From Eledone cirrhosa (Eukaryota): DNA of 64,000 bases. Below, one piece after another: positions 28,853 to 41,246 of the stretch (positions within the stretch are counted from its first letter, which is position 1; every line of letters starts with the position of its first letter). Below the pieces are notes generated by a model that saw nothing but the letters and a program-made list of their open reading frames with translations, was not told the origin of the DNA and did no database searches. The DNA is taken from the NCBI GenBank assembly GCA_964016885.1, contig OZ024746.1, forward strand, positions 20,832,001-20,896,000, given 5' to 3'. A program made the position numbers and the translations under genes.

Positions 28853-30571
28853 GCTTTATGTCTTCAAAGGTACCCAAACACCGAAACGATTCAGGAAAAT
28901 ATAAAATAGTATGCACATCCAATAATTAAAAACAGTTGTATAATTTCTATCCATATTATTTGAATTCAACATTTGGTTCCTATTTAATAGATGTATGCAA
29001 AGTAACATTTTCAATTGGAAATAAAAGATGAAAGTCAATACTATAAGGTACCTACTGTTCTCCTTCTATATATAAAATGAAATCATGAGACCTTTATATA
29101 TAAAATGATATATAAAGTGGGAGGCAGCAACTCAATAATAATGATAATTGTTTCTACTTTAGGCACAAGGCCAGCAATTACCCAGTACATTGCTGGAATG
29201 ATAATAATTACTATCTATGACAGTGATTGATTAGATTCCAGTATATGTCTAATAGTTAAGTTTTCGTTGGGAACATGGCCTCCTAAACGTGGAACATTGA
29301 TGTATAACTCGCTGAAGTATTACTTTCTTCTTTTTAACTCTCTAATGTATTACTTTCTTCTTTTTATTAGATGAACTGGCTCTTTACTAAATCACCTCAC
29401 TCTCGGACTCAACATTCGCAAACGTTCAAGATGAAACCTTTTTCCGAGTAGGCGGAAACATGCTTGAAACATGCGTTAGGTTCTTTCTCGTTCCAATATA
29501 ACATACAAGTGTATCAAGAAAATTGAACTACTTTCTTAATACAATGGGTTCTTTACGAAACTAACCACCCTCAATATACCACCACTACTTAATCAATAGA
29601 TAATGTTACTTCATTTAGAATGTTTCGTGAGGAGACTAATTTTAGTTTGTTCTCCAGGATATAGTATTATATAATTTCAAGTATTTCCGACATAGAAGGT
29701 TCAATAGATCAATGTAAACAGTACAATCTCAGTACGAAATACATAACCTATAAAATAAGCATCCACTAAAATAACATGGAATTGGTTGCTTTTACACAAA
29801 TACGGTATACAGTAGAGAGTTTTTGGACTCCATCCATTGTCAAACCCAACCGGTTTTCTATTGCAGCCGGAACTGATGGCGTTAGACTGAGAGAATGGAA
29901 AAAAGCCAGACTGCATCACAATTCTTCTTCTTCCAAGTCACTAGATCTCTAATCTCGAAATCGACATGCAGCGATACACCACCAACCTAGGGAAATCAGT
30001 TTCAGACAAATATTTCGTCGCACGATAGGCGGAATATCGTAAATTGAAAAACAAAACAACAGAAAAAACAGCAACAAAAAACACTGATCACTGTTGAATT
30101 CCTTGTCGAATCGATAGCGCTATCAATCTTTGGAATTCTGGGTACCTGGTACATCTCTCTACTCACTTTAAATGGGGTGAAGATGGCCATCTGCAAGAAC
30201 AGCAGGCGCGAGGGACTGACACTTTCAGCGCATATCTTTCCATCATATGAGCTAACGCATTGACGAAAACATTTACATTACACGTTTATTGTATTCACAA
30301 ACAGTATCATTTTTATGACAATCTTATCAATTTAGGAGACGTAATGAAGTTACTACTTTAAAGGAACATAACAAAAAGGTAGGAAACATTTCAGAATTGT
30401 TTCTATATAGATAATATCTTCTATTTTTCTCTCTCCCCCATCTATCCCTCTTTCCCACACACCCGCACTATCTATTTATCTATCTAACTATATCCATATC
30501 TCTCTATATATTCATATGTATATGTGTGTGAGAGAAACACAAACAAACAAACAAACAAACAAACACACACA

Positions 30572-30684
<113 letters not shown>

Positions 30685-31547
30685 CACACACACACACACA
30701 CACGCATACACCCCACCCATACACCCACACACACATATATATGTGTGTGTGTGTATAGGTAATATATGTTATCTTTATTTAATATTATATTGAAGAGACC
30801 ATATTAATTGATATTTAAAAAATGTATTTTTCTTGATTGTCATTTATAATTCATTGAAACAAAAAGTAATAGAGCAAAACAGCACAATGTAATATTTATA
30901 AGATATGTTTATTCTAAACCGTAAGAATAAATGTCAGGCACGCACGCCCACAGACACACAAACATACAGACAAACACACACTCACACACACACACACACA
31001 CACATGTACACAGACACAGACACACACACACACACACACGCACATCTTTTATCTTAAATATCAGGGGGATTGTAATTATTAAAGAAAATATGTTATCTAA
31101 AACTAATGACTTCATATTTTCTGATATTAAATAACATCGTTAAATCATTAGATTTTCAACTTCAGCGAATATCAGAATTTATAAACAGAAAAACGAGACA
31201 AAAATTATTGAAAATTTCAGAGGCAAAATAATATATTTATGAGGAATGAAATTCTCTATATCATAACAATATTCATTTCCTAAACCTTTTTGTAACTGTA
31301 ATACCAATACATTTTTGACAACTATACGCAATATACTGAAATGTTCTACCATATGATATCACTATCAATATTTCTTTTATTCATGTCAGACACAATAATA
31401 TCAATTTTGCAATTTAGTAGCAGCAACACCATAGCAGCAGTAGTAGTCGTCGTCGTCGTCGTCGTCATCGTAGTAGTAGTAGTAGTAGTAGTAGTAGCAG
31501 AGCCGTCGTCGTCGTATTAGTAGTAGTAGTAGTAGTAGTAGTAGTAA

Positions 31548-31715
31548 TGGTTTCTGATACCAACATTCAAAGGAAGAAAGGGGAAGTTATACTCACAGCT
31601 TCCCCCTGCCATTGTCACAGCAGCAGATGCCAAAGGCAGAAGTCAGCCAGAGGAAGAATTTTCTCCACCTGCTGACCGACAACTTGACGTAGCCACAACT
31701 ATACAAGAAACTGAA

Positions 31716-31746
<31 letters not shown>

Positions 31747-33800
31747 GCAACAATAAAGACAACACAAACAACAACAACACCAACAACAATGATAACAACA
31801 ATACCAACAACAACGGCAACACGAACAAGGAAAAGGTCTTCTTCGTCCAGTCTGCAAGGAAAACCCTCGAGTACCTGCCAGTAGATATAAGCAAAGCTAA
31901 GGAGCTACTGGCAGATCCCCAAAAATACGTAGTGTACGGGGAAAATGGATCATTTTCGATCCACTCCCCCCGGAACTAAAAAGCCAGAGACTCCTAAACA
32001 CTGTCGAAATCGCGCGGTCCATCCGACAAGGGTGCCCTCTCTCCTCCCTTCTGTGTGTAATGACTCTAGAGCCACTGCTGCGGAAGTTGGAGTTGTTGCA
32101 GGGTATCCCGTTGGAACCGGGATTGCGGAAAGTGGTGTCGGCCTACGCCGATGACGTAACAGTAATGGTGTCGACGGCCTCGGAAATCGGGGCGATCGGC
32201 ACCTTACTGGAAGAGTACGAAAGGTTTACAGGGGCTAAGCTGAACCGGGACAAGTCGATCGGTCTGCAACTCGGCACGTGGAGGGGCAGATCGATGCCCT
32301 CCGATGGCGTCGTCGGGCGCTGGACGGAGGGCCCGGTGAAGTTGCTCGGGGTCTGGTTCGGACCAGACCTCCAGGTGGAGAAGAACTGGGGTGAGGTAAC
32401 GAACAGGGTGTTTGCACTGACCCAGAAGTGGACCGAGTGCAAACTGTCCCTGAAAGGTCGGGCGGAGGTGGCGAACACTTATATAGCGTCCGTCATCTAC
32501 TACCGCCTGACCGTTGTGCCTTGCCCAAGTGAAATGCTCGCCAAAATGGAGCGCGCACTCTTCCAATTCCTTTGGAAGAAGCGGGCTCCTATGGTGAGGA
32601 GATCCATCTGCTGTCAACACCCTTCGAAAGGAGGGCTGGGGATGCCGTGGCTAATGATACGTAAACACGCATTAAGGCTACGGCACCTCCAGGTATTCCT
32701 CACCGGTCAACCGGTGTGGGCCCCGTTTGTGAGGCGAGCCTTTCCCAGACTCGTCTCACTCACCGAGCTGCAATCCTGGGTCAAGCAAAGACCGAGAAAA
32801 CTGGGCGCCTGGCACACCGAGTATGCCCAGGCGCTCACGGCTCTCTGGCAGGCGGACCCGGCTGTCAGTGGAGAATCCACCTCGTCATTCTATAGAGGGC
32901 TGGTGGTTAGCAGGTGCGACGACGCCCTCGGAGAAGCCCTAGGCATGGAGGAAGACGAACTGGCCAACCTGTTCGGTAGGACATTCAGCCCGGGACCCAT
33001 GGATAACTTCCAGAGGTCCCTGGCCTGGCAGTGCTACGGAGGGGCTCTGCCCGTTCGAGAAAGGCTCTATAGACACGGGCGCCCGGGTAGGGACCCCTCG
33101 AAAAAGATCTGTCCCAGATGCGTGTGCGACGAGGAAACCGTTGCACACGCATTGGTACACTGCTCGGGCATTGCCGATCTGTGGAGCTATGTTGAACAAC
33201 TGCTGTCAAGGGTGGGACCTATCCGGTTGACCACCGAGTCTATTGTTACGATCAAGTCGCCTCCCCTCTTCAAAAACGAAGGAGAGACGGTGTTTCTGTG
33301 CGTTATAGCCATGGTGAAAGGGGTTGTATGGTGGACGCGTCTGAAAGGACTGAGGTCAGACACCTTTCTCTCTGGCCAACAACTGGTCCGTTTCTTCCGA
33401 TATCACTTCGGAAGAAGGATCAGGATGGAGAGAGAGGTGCTGCACCCCAGCCGTTTTTATGAAAGATGGGTGAAAGTGACGAGAATGGCCCGTGTGAATG
33501 GGCCTTCACTCTACATCAGACTATAGGTGAGGAAGATGAAAGATCAAGGGAGCACCCCTTCTCTGTGCTCCTGAGGAGAAGGGTTGCACACTTTTTTTCG
33601 GGGGTGTGTGCGACCCCCCAAGGCGCCTCCTCCCTATTGAGGATTTTGTTATAAAATTTATTTTGTTATATTTTATTTTATTTTTATATTTTGTTATTGC
33701 CTCCTCCTTATTGAGGACACCTTTTCATGTAAACTCCCCCCATTGTACTTGTCCCACTTTTTGATGCCCTGGTGGCAAATAAAAAGAAAATTATCTATCT
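31548..33800 (+). mobile_element. Tx1/L1-clade LINE, 5'-truncated and probably internally deleted
   Basis: Asn-rich open frame 31548-31979 (putative ORF1 end) abuts the RT at IRQGCPLS (~32021); 3' UTR with AATAAA at 33778; second 3' copy at 10097-10423. Confidence 0.85.
32060..33526 (+). CDS. LINE ORF2 C-terminal half: RT (YADD), thumb and CCHC zinc knuckle; N-terminus missing
   Basis: In-frame upstream RSIRQGCPLS; SAYADDVT; GAKLNRDKS; VKLLGVWFG; LSLKGR; KGGLGMP; CPRC..EETVAHALVHC; 488 codons without a stop. The annotated M is internal, not a true start. Confidence 0.9.
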   Translation: MTLEPLLRKLELLQGIPLEPGLRKVVSAYADDVTVMVSTASEIGAIGTLLEEYERFTGAKLNRDKSIGLQLGTWRGRSMPSDGVVGRWTEGPVKLLGVWFGPDLQVEKNWGEVTNRVFALTQKWTECKLSLKGRAEVANTYIASVIYYRLTVVPCPSEMLAKMERALFQFLWKKRAPMVRRSICCQHPSKGGLGMPWLMIRKHALRLRHLQVFLTGQPVWAPFVRRAFPRLVSLTELQSWVKQRPRKLGAWHTEYAQALTALWQADPAVSGESTSSFYRGLVVSRCDDALGEALGMEEDELANLFGRTFSPGPMDNFQRSLAWQCYGGALPVRERLYRHGRPGRDPSKKICPRCVCDEETVAHALVHCSGIADLWSYVEQLLSRVGPIRLTTESIVTIKSPPLFKNEGETVFLCVIAMVKGVVWWTRLKGLRSDTFLSGQQLVRFFRYHFGRRIRMEREVLHPSRFYERWVKVTRMARVNGPSLYIRL

Positions 33801-34116
33801 ATCTACCAGTTTGTCTGTTAACATACCTACATGTGTATCTATTCATATACCTGCCTGTCTATCTATAGCTATCTGTTAATCTCTATTTACCAATGTATCT
33901 ATCCTTGGACAAGAACTACGATAATGCAAATCCCTGAAGCAGTTCGAATATAGAGACGTAGATACCTAGGTAAAATAAGGTAATAATAATTTAGCAGATA
34001 TATATTTGATAATAATTAAAGGAAATTATTGTAATTGATTGTCTGCCTCTAAGGGTATCTTACCCAATTTTCTAACGCAGTAATCATTGTATCAAGTCTG
34101 TGTTTAGATTCGTAAG

Positions 34117-34119
<3 letters not shown>

Positions 34120-34190
<71 letters not shown>

Positions 34191-34431
34191 CACACATACA
34201 CACACATACACACACAGACACAGACACACACAGGCACACACAGACACACACACACACAGACACACAGACACACACAGACACACACAGACACACACAGACA
34301 CACGCATACACACACACACACACACACGCATATACACACACAGAGACACACACACACAGACACACGCATACACACACATACACACACACACGCATATACA
34401 CACACAGAGACACACACACACAGACACACAT

Positions 34432-34465
<34 letters not shown>

Positions 34466-34551
34466 TACACACACGCACACACACACACACACAGACACAC
34501 ACACAGACACACACAGAGACACACACAGAGACATACACATACACACGTGCC

Positions 34552-34610
<59 letters not shown>
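34120..34610. repeat. Compound (CA)n/(CAGA) microsatellite
   Basis: Directly visible. Confidence 0.95.
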
Positions 34611-34611
<1 letters not shown>

Positions 34612-34829
34612 AGTATACTGTAGTATAAGTTTGGTGGAAATACGCTAAGGTAAGAGCACCCAGTCCATAGGACGCGTTAAGTATAATTAGTTACAACAGT
34701 GACACATACAGGTACTTAAATTTTGTTAGGTTTTACACCATAACTCATTCAGCATGGTATATTATTCCCCCTTGTGATTTCCACACGTGGTTTAACTTAC
34801 CACCGTGTCATTCACTTATTTGGTACAGA

Positions 34830-35198
34830 GCGAAATACCTGTTGATAACGTGATATTCCTTGTTCGATCGTTATACACAAAGCTTATATTTTTAAGCAGA
34901 CTGTATTTTGATTTAGGTGGCACAGAAACTCTACATCGGATTTTAACAGCAATTCCGGGAGTCCAGGTCTGGTTATCACTTATTTTTTATCATTTAGTTT
35001 GTTTTGACCTGTTTAGCTTGATTTGGTTTTTTGGCTTGGGTGGTTAATGTTTTTTTGACCACCTTTTCAGTGTTGTATGGCTTCTTAACACATTGTTTAG
35101 CTCTGGTTTTTAACTATTGAGCACTTTGCCAGTATCATTTCTGATTTTTGCGTTTCGCTTCGCTTTTCCTGCCCGCCGAAAATGCGATTTTCGCTGAA
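34830..35198 (-). mobile_element. Unclassified interspersed repeat (family X), copy 1
   Basis: Reverse complement aligns by eye with 38291-38640 and 48226-48740 (AGCGAAAATCGCATTT.CGGC start, AGAGCTA, GGTCAAA.CAAA, CCTAAATCAA, GATCGAACAAGG). Confidence 0.7.
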
Positions 35199-35240
35199 TC
35201 TTTATTTGTATATATATATATATATATATATATAGATATA

Positions 35241-35992
35241 GCGGCGATGAATTAGTTTAGCGAGGTTTTTTATATGAAATCGTGTGTCGAAACAGATATT
35301 GTTATATTTGGGGAGGGTCATATTTGCGTAATATTGCCAGAATTAATAACAGAACACACTCACTGTTTGGTTGGTTTTCGCTTCTCGCTGTCTTTTATAT
35401 CTGCGATCTAACTTACTCGGTCCTCAATGTTGCCATTGACTGACCGGCGGTCAAAAATAATACAGATACAATATAGACACAAACACATATATATAGTTTA
35501 CATAATTTACATAAATCTTTCGTTGCACATCTGCAACATCGTCAGTGGTGTTATATTCATTGTTCCTCCTGTTGTGTTGTATGTCTACGCCATTTTTTAT
35601 TCAGTCTGTCTATATATTTATTTATTTATTTGCTTGTTTGTTTATCTTATTTTATTTTGTCTTCTTTGCGCATGCGTTTGCGTGTGTGTATAGTGTTATG
35701 TGTGATGTGTGACTAGTGTGTATAGTGTTGTGTCTGCTGGGTGACTAGTGTGTGTTTATGTGCTTGTTGTTATTGTGCTTGTGTATGTATTTATTTATCT
35801 TATTTTATTTTATTTTATTTACTTATTTATACTCCTCTTAGGTCAGTGTTGTTTGTTTGGGTGTTGTTGTTGTTCCACTCATTCTTTCTGTTTAGCTTTG
35901 GTCTTCTAATTTCTATTTCAACCAACCAAACAGTGAGTGTGTTCTGTTATTAATTCTGGCAATATTACGCAAATATGACCCTCCCCAAATAT

Positions 35993-36000
<8 letters not shown>
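35241..36000 (-). mobile_element. Non-autonomous Penelope-like element with inverted terminal copy and hammerhead motif
   Basis: Perfect 81-bp inverted repeat 35296-35376/35920-36000; 55-bp extension on one side only; (TA)n flanks; hammerhead core at 35518-35545. Confidence 0.7.
35506..35550 (-). ncRNA. Candidate minimal hammerhead ribozyme
   Basis: Minus strand CTGACGA-T-GTTGCA-GATG-TGCAAC-GAAA; perfect 6-bp stem II; stem I partner degenerate. Confidence 0.55.
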
Positions 36001-36045
<45 letters not shown>

Positions 36046-36119
36046 CAAACCTGCTCATCTAGGCTGTGTTGGGGACATTTGAAATGTTGAAATGTGTGCG
36101 TCTTAATGCAAATGATAAT

Positions 36120-36629
36120 AATTGTTTCTACTTTTTGGCACAAGGCCAGCAATTATCCCAGCGCATTACTGGTACTTTATTTTATCGACCCCCGTAAGGA
36201 TGAAAGGCAAAGTTAACCTCGGCGGGATTTGAACTCAGAATGGCAAGGGCCGTAACTCTATGCGTCAAATCATGGCGTCCGACCCTCTACCAATACTGCC
36301 AATCCACCGCCCTTGCAAATGATAATAATTGTTTCTACTTTAGGCACAAGGCCAGCAATTACCCAGTACATTACTGGTACTTTATTTTATCGACCCCCGT
36401 AAGGATGAAAGGCAAAGTCAACCTCGGCGGGATTTGAACTCAGACCGTAAAGGGACGTAACTATGCTGGAAAGCCTTGCAAATGATAATAATAATTGTTT
36501 CTACATTTGGCACAAGGCCAGCAAATACCCAGTAGGTTACTGGTACTTTATTTTATCGACCCCGTAAGGATGAAAGGCAAAGTTAACCTCGGCAGGATTT
36601 GAACTTAGATTGTAAGGGGACGTAACTAT
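36120..36629 (-). mobile_element. Three tandem SINE family A copies
   Basis: Copies at 36120-36311 (full length), 36327-36473 and 36493-36629, each preceded by TGCAAATGATAATAAT. Confidence 0.9.
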
Positions 36630-37908
36630 AATAATGGTTGATTATAATAGCTGAGGAGATTAGACAAAATGGCCCTGGAGACGTTAAAACGTTAATTATA
36701 ATTACAATTTCAAGATAAAAGCAATAATTTTCTGAGTGAATAATTGAAGTAAAAAAAAAAAAGCATGCGAGGCAATCTAAAACCAATTAATTAAAATGAA
36801 TGAAAATGTAATACAGAAGAAAGGAATGGGTCTAATCTGTTGTAGTATAGTGACAAGTCCTGATATGTTTCGTGTTATGACGTCTTCTTAGCGAAGCATA
36901 ATCTACCCCCTTGCTGCTGACCTTATACCACTAGCGAAATTCACAGAATGTACAAAGACTAACACTAGCACTTTAAAGGAATGATTAGTAGAACATACCC
37001 AGAGATAACTGCTGCATACACATATAATAGTAAAGTGGGTGCCGGCATACGTGATATAACAACCCAAGAAATTTTAATTACGTAAACTTGAATAAATATT
37101 CAATACTATAAGATTTTTAGCAATGCAATGACAACTACAGACAGGTTTCGGTATTATTAGATCTAAAAGAAACTTTATTTAACGGTAGCTGCAGATAATC
37201 ATATATATATCAGTTACTGCAAATAATTTGTATATCAGTTAATATCCGGAATAAATCATCTAATGGCGTGTTTTACTGGAAATGTCCGAGAAAAAATAAA
37301 TTGCAGATCAAAACATATACGATATTTCATCATAAGAATATGCATTTATTTAGTTATGCTCTAAAATAACGTTGAGCTAATAAATACTGATTTTGGACAC
37401 CATCGAGGTAATAAATATTAATAAGAACATACAGGTCCCAGAACTAAATGAACTCGATGTCAATTTATTTTAATCTTATTAGATATGACGCAGTCAAAGA
37501 ATGCATGCTTCCAGCCCATTTATCAATTAATATCCAATATACATTATTTAAGAGCAAAACGAAAGTTTCATAAAAAAATTCATATACTGTATGATGAAGC
37601 ACACTCAGATTTTTTATATTTCTAGTTTTTCTCTTATATGTAATCTTTTGATTTGCACATATAATATATTTACTGTTCGTGCCTAGCAATTTAATTTATA
37701 AAAAAACAAGACAAATAAAACAGAAACAAACTTACAGACATATAATGTTACATATGAGAAGGTAAGAGGGGGATTTAGTAGAGGATATAGTTGTCATTAC
37801 TGACCAACGTATTATACTGAATAATCATTTCACCTTTCATATTTAGCTATTTCGCATTGATTTTGTATTTCTGATTTTCATTATGTTCTTTATTTTATGC
37901 TATTTATA

Positions 37909-37975
<67 letters not shown>

Positions 37976-38035
37976 GCATATTATATATATATATATATAT
38001 ATAGGTATTGAAATTTCCGTTGAAAATAGAAAAGG

Positions 38036-38080
<45 letters not shown>

Positions 38081-38171
38081 GCATATATATATAATATGCA
38101 TATGAATGAAACAGGTCTAGTCATATAGAAGTCATTTCTCCACCATCACTATCTCCCTCTCTCTCTCTATA

Positions 38172-38265
<94 letters not shown>

Positions 38266-38290
38266 AATATATATATATAAATATATATAT

Positions 38291-38698
38291 AAATTAGCGA
38301 AAATCGTATTTCGGCTTAGGAATTAACGAAAAACAACCTCCGAGATGTGTGGCAAGTGCTCAATGATTCAGATGAACCAGAGCTACAACATACGTTAAAG
38401 GCCAAACACACTGAGACGATGGTTAAACAATCATCCGCATAGCCATATAAACGACCAAGTAATTCGGGTCAAACAAATAAAAATATATGTGATTGAAAAT
38501 TTACCCGGACCCCTGGATGGTTGGTAAAATCCAGCATTTGGGTTTCTGCGACTCCCAAATCAAGTACTGTCCGCTTACACAAATAATGTTAGGCTTCTGG
38601 TAAGATGATTGAACAAGGAAGCCACTTTTTCAACAGGTTCTAGTTCGAGTGCTAATTTAAGGAATGACCGTTACCGACCCCACGTGGGGCTCGGCAAA

Positions 38699-38700
<2 letters not shown>
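38291..38700 (+). mobile_element. Unclassified repeat family X, copy 2, (TA)n-flanked
   Basis: Homology to 48226-48740. Confidence 0.7.
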
Positions 38701-38784
<84 letters not shown>

Positions 38785-38871
38785 ATAAATATATATATAT
38801 ATTTATATATATATGCATATACATATATATGTATATATGTATATATATATATATGTGTATATATATGTATG

Positions 38872-38914
<43 letters not shown>

Positions 38915-39487
38915 ACACTCACATATATATAGTAATAATAATAAATGTGAAGACTAAAATCCAAAGAGGGCTCGATAACGATACATATATATCAAATATA
39001 TAAGAACCCTAGAGCAAATATTTATTAAAATAACAGATTAAAGTTTAAGCAAAGAATCGCTGCTTTCACCCTTAACGGGATCTTAAACTATTATTTTAAT
39101 ATATATATATATACTTCTTCCATACATCCGTTGTCAATGCCATGAGACAGTTCCTCCTCCAGATCACCCTGTTCAGCATTGCCATCTGAATTTCCTTCTC
39201 TCCCCCCACCCCCACCGTCATTTTCACCACCAAATTAACCAAATTGCTGACCTGGAACAAATTACTACTAAATAGAGAGCAACGATCATGTTATATACTT
39301 TCGTCAAGTCAGTGATATTGGTAAAACTTTGAAGTAAGCAGACACTATTAACAAGAATTGGTATATACATACAAGTATGTATATATATTATATATATATA
39401 TGTCTGTGTGTCTACAGAGACTAAGAGAGAGAGAGAGAAAGAGAGAGAGAGTGAGGGAGAGAATGATACCAGTCAACATTATTCCTT

Positions 39488-39612
39488 TTACGTTCTGAGT
39501 TCAAATCCCGCTGAGGTTAACTTTGCCTTTCATCCTTACGGGGTCGATAAAATAAAGTACCAGTAATACACTGGATAATTGCTGGCTTTGTGCCAAAAGT
39601 AGAAACAACTAT
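39488..39612 (+). mobile_element. SINE family A, 5'-truncated
   Basis: B box through tail. Confidence 0.85.
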
Positions 39613-39836
39613 TATGAAAAGTTGCAACAATCTATATATTAAATATAAATAGTGGAATAATTTGTGGTAAGGACCCATGGAAACAGAAGAATACTTGGAC
39701 ATAGATGTCGTATTCGAATATTTTATATTTGATATATGAATTGTTGCATCATTTGATAATAACATCAAATGTATTTCATATCTCCAATCATATCCAGTAT
39801 TTTGGTAAACACAACAGTTTATATATACGCATATAT

Positions 39837-39966
<130 letters not shown>

Positions 39967-40115
39967 CACACGCCTATATATATATATATATATATACATA
40001 TATAATATATATATCTATATATATATATATACGCATATATATATATATATATATATATATACGCATATATATATATGTATATATAGAAATGAATACGCAT
40101 ATATATATATATATA

Positions 40116-40180
<65 letters not shown>

Positions 40181-40221
40181 GCATATATATATATATATAT
40201 ACGCATATATATATATATATA

Positions 40222-40270
<49 letters not shown>

Positions 40271-40296
40271 GCATATATTTATATACGCATATATAT

Positions 40297-40383
<87 letters not shown>

Positions 40384-40510
40384 GAATTTGACAGTGGTTG
40401 TATGTTGCATTAGTTACGAAATGTTCATGTAAATATACATTTTCATGGTTTAACTATGAACTTTTAGAAGCGGTGTTAGCATCAATTCCTCCTACAAATA
40501 TAATATATAT

Positions 40511-40623
40511 AATTGTTTCTACTTTTGGCACAAGGCCAGCATTTATCCCAGTACATTACTGGTACTTTATTTTATCGACCCCGTAAGGATGAAAGGCAAA
40601 GTTAACCTCGGCGGGATTTGAAC
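40511..40623 (-). mobile_element. SINE family A, 5'-truncated, abutting a hairpin element
   Basis: Tail through B box; ends at the arm of 40624-40782. Confidence 0.85.
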
Positions 40624-40912
40624 TGTTACAATTGTTTCGCCGGCAGACAGCTCGAGATACGATCATTGTATGGATCTGTCTGATTCTGGAACTGCAGGTT
40701 CGTCGGTCACGCAGTTCCAGAATCAGACAGATCCATACAATAATCGTGTCTCGAGCTGTCTGTCGGCGAAACAGTTGTAACACACAATAAACTGAGTCCA
40801 GATGCATCACTGATTTTTCGTTTTATATTATATCACACTCTGCTCTGTAAGAACATAGAGTGCTCAACCGGCATACCGCCTATGGAAGCATCATAGCTAC
40901 CATCGAACACAC
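40624..40912. mobile_element. Fold-back element with 72-bp arms and hammerhead-like motif
   Basis: Arms 40624-40695 and 40711-40782; one-sided extension to (TA)n at ~40912. Confidence 0.75.
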
Positions 40913-40948
40913 ATATATATATAATATATATATATAATATATATATAT

Positions 40949-41022
<74 letters not shown>

Positions 41023-41038
41023 TATTTATATATATATA

Positions 41039-41112
<74 letters not shown>

Positions 41113-41207
41113 CATACATATATACATATATATATATACATATATATATACGCGTGAACCAAATAAGACTGCGTTTTTGCATCTCTAAGATTGTCTGTCC
41201 TTTCCTG

Positions 41208-41246
<39 letters not shown>

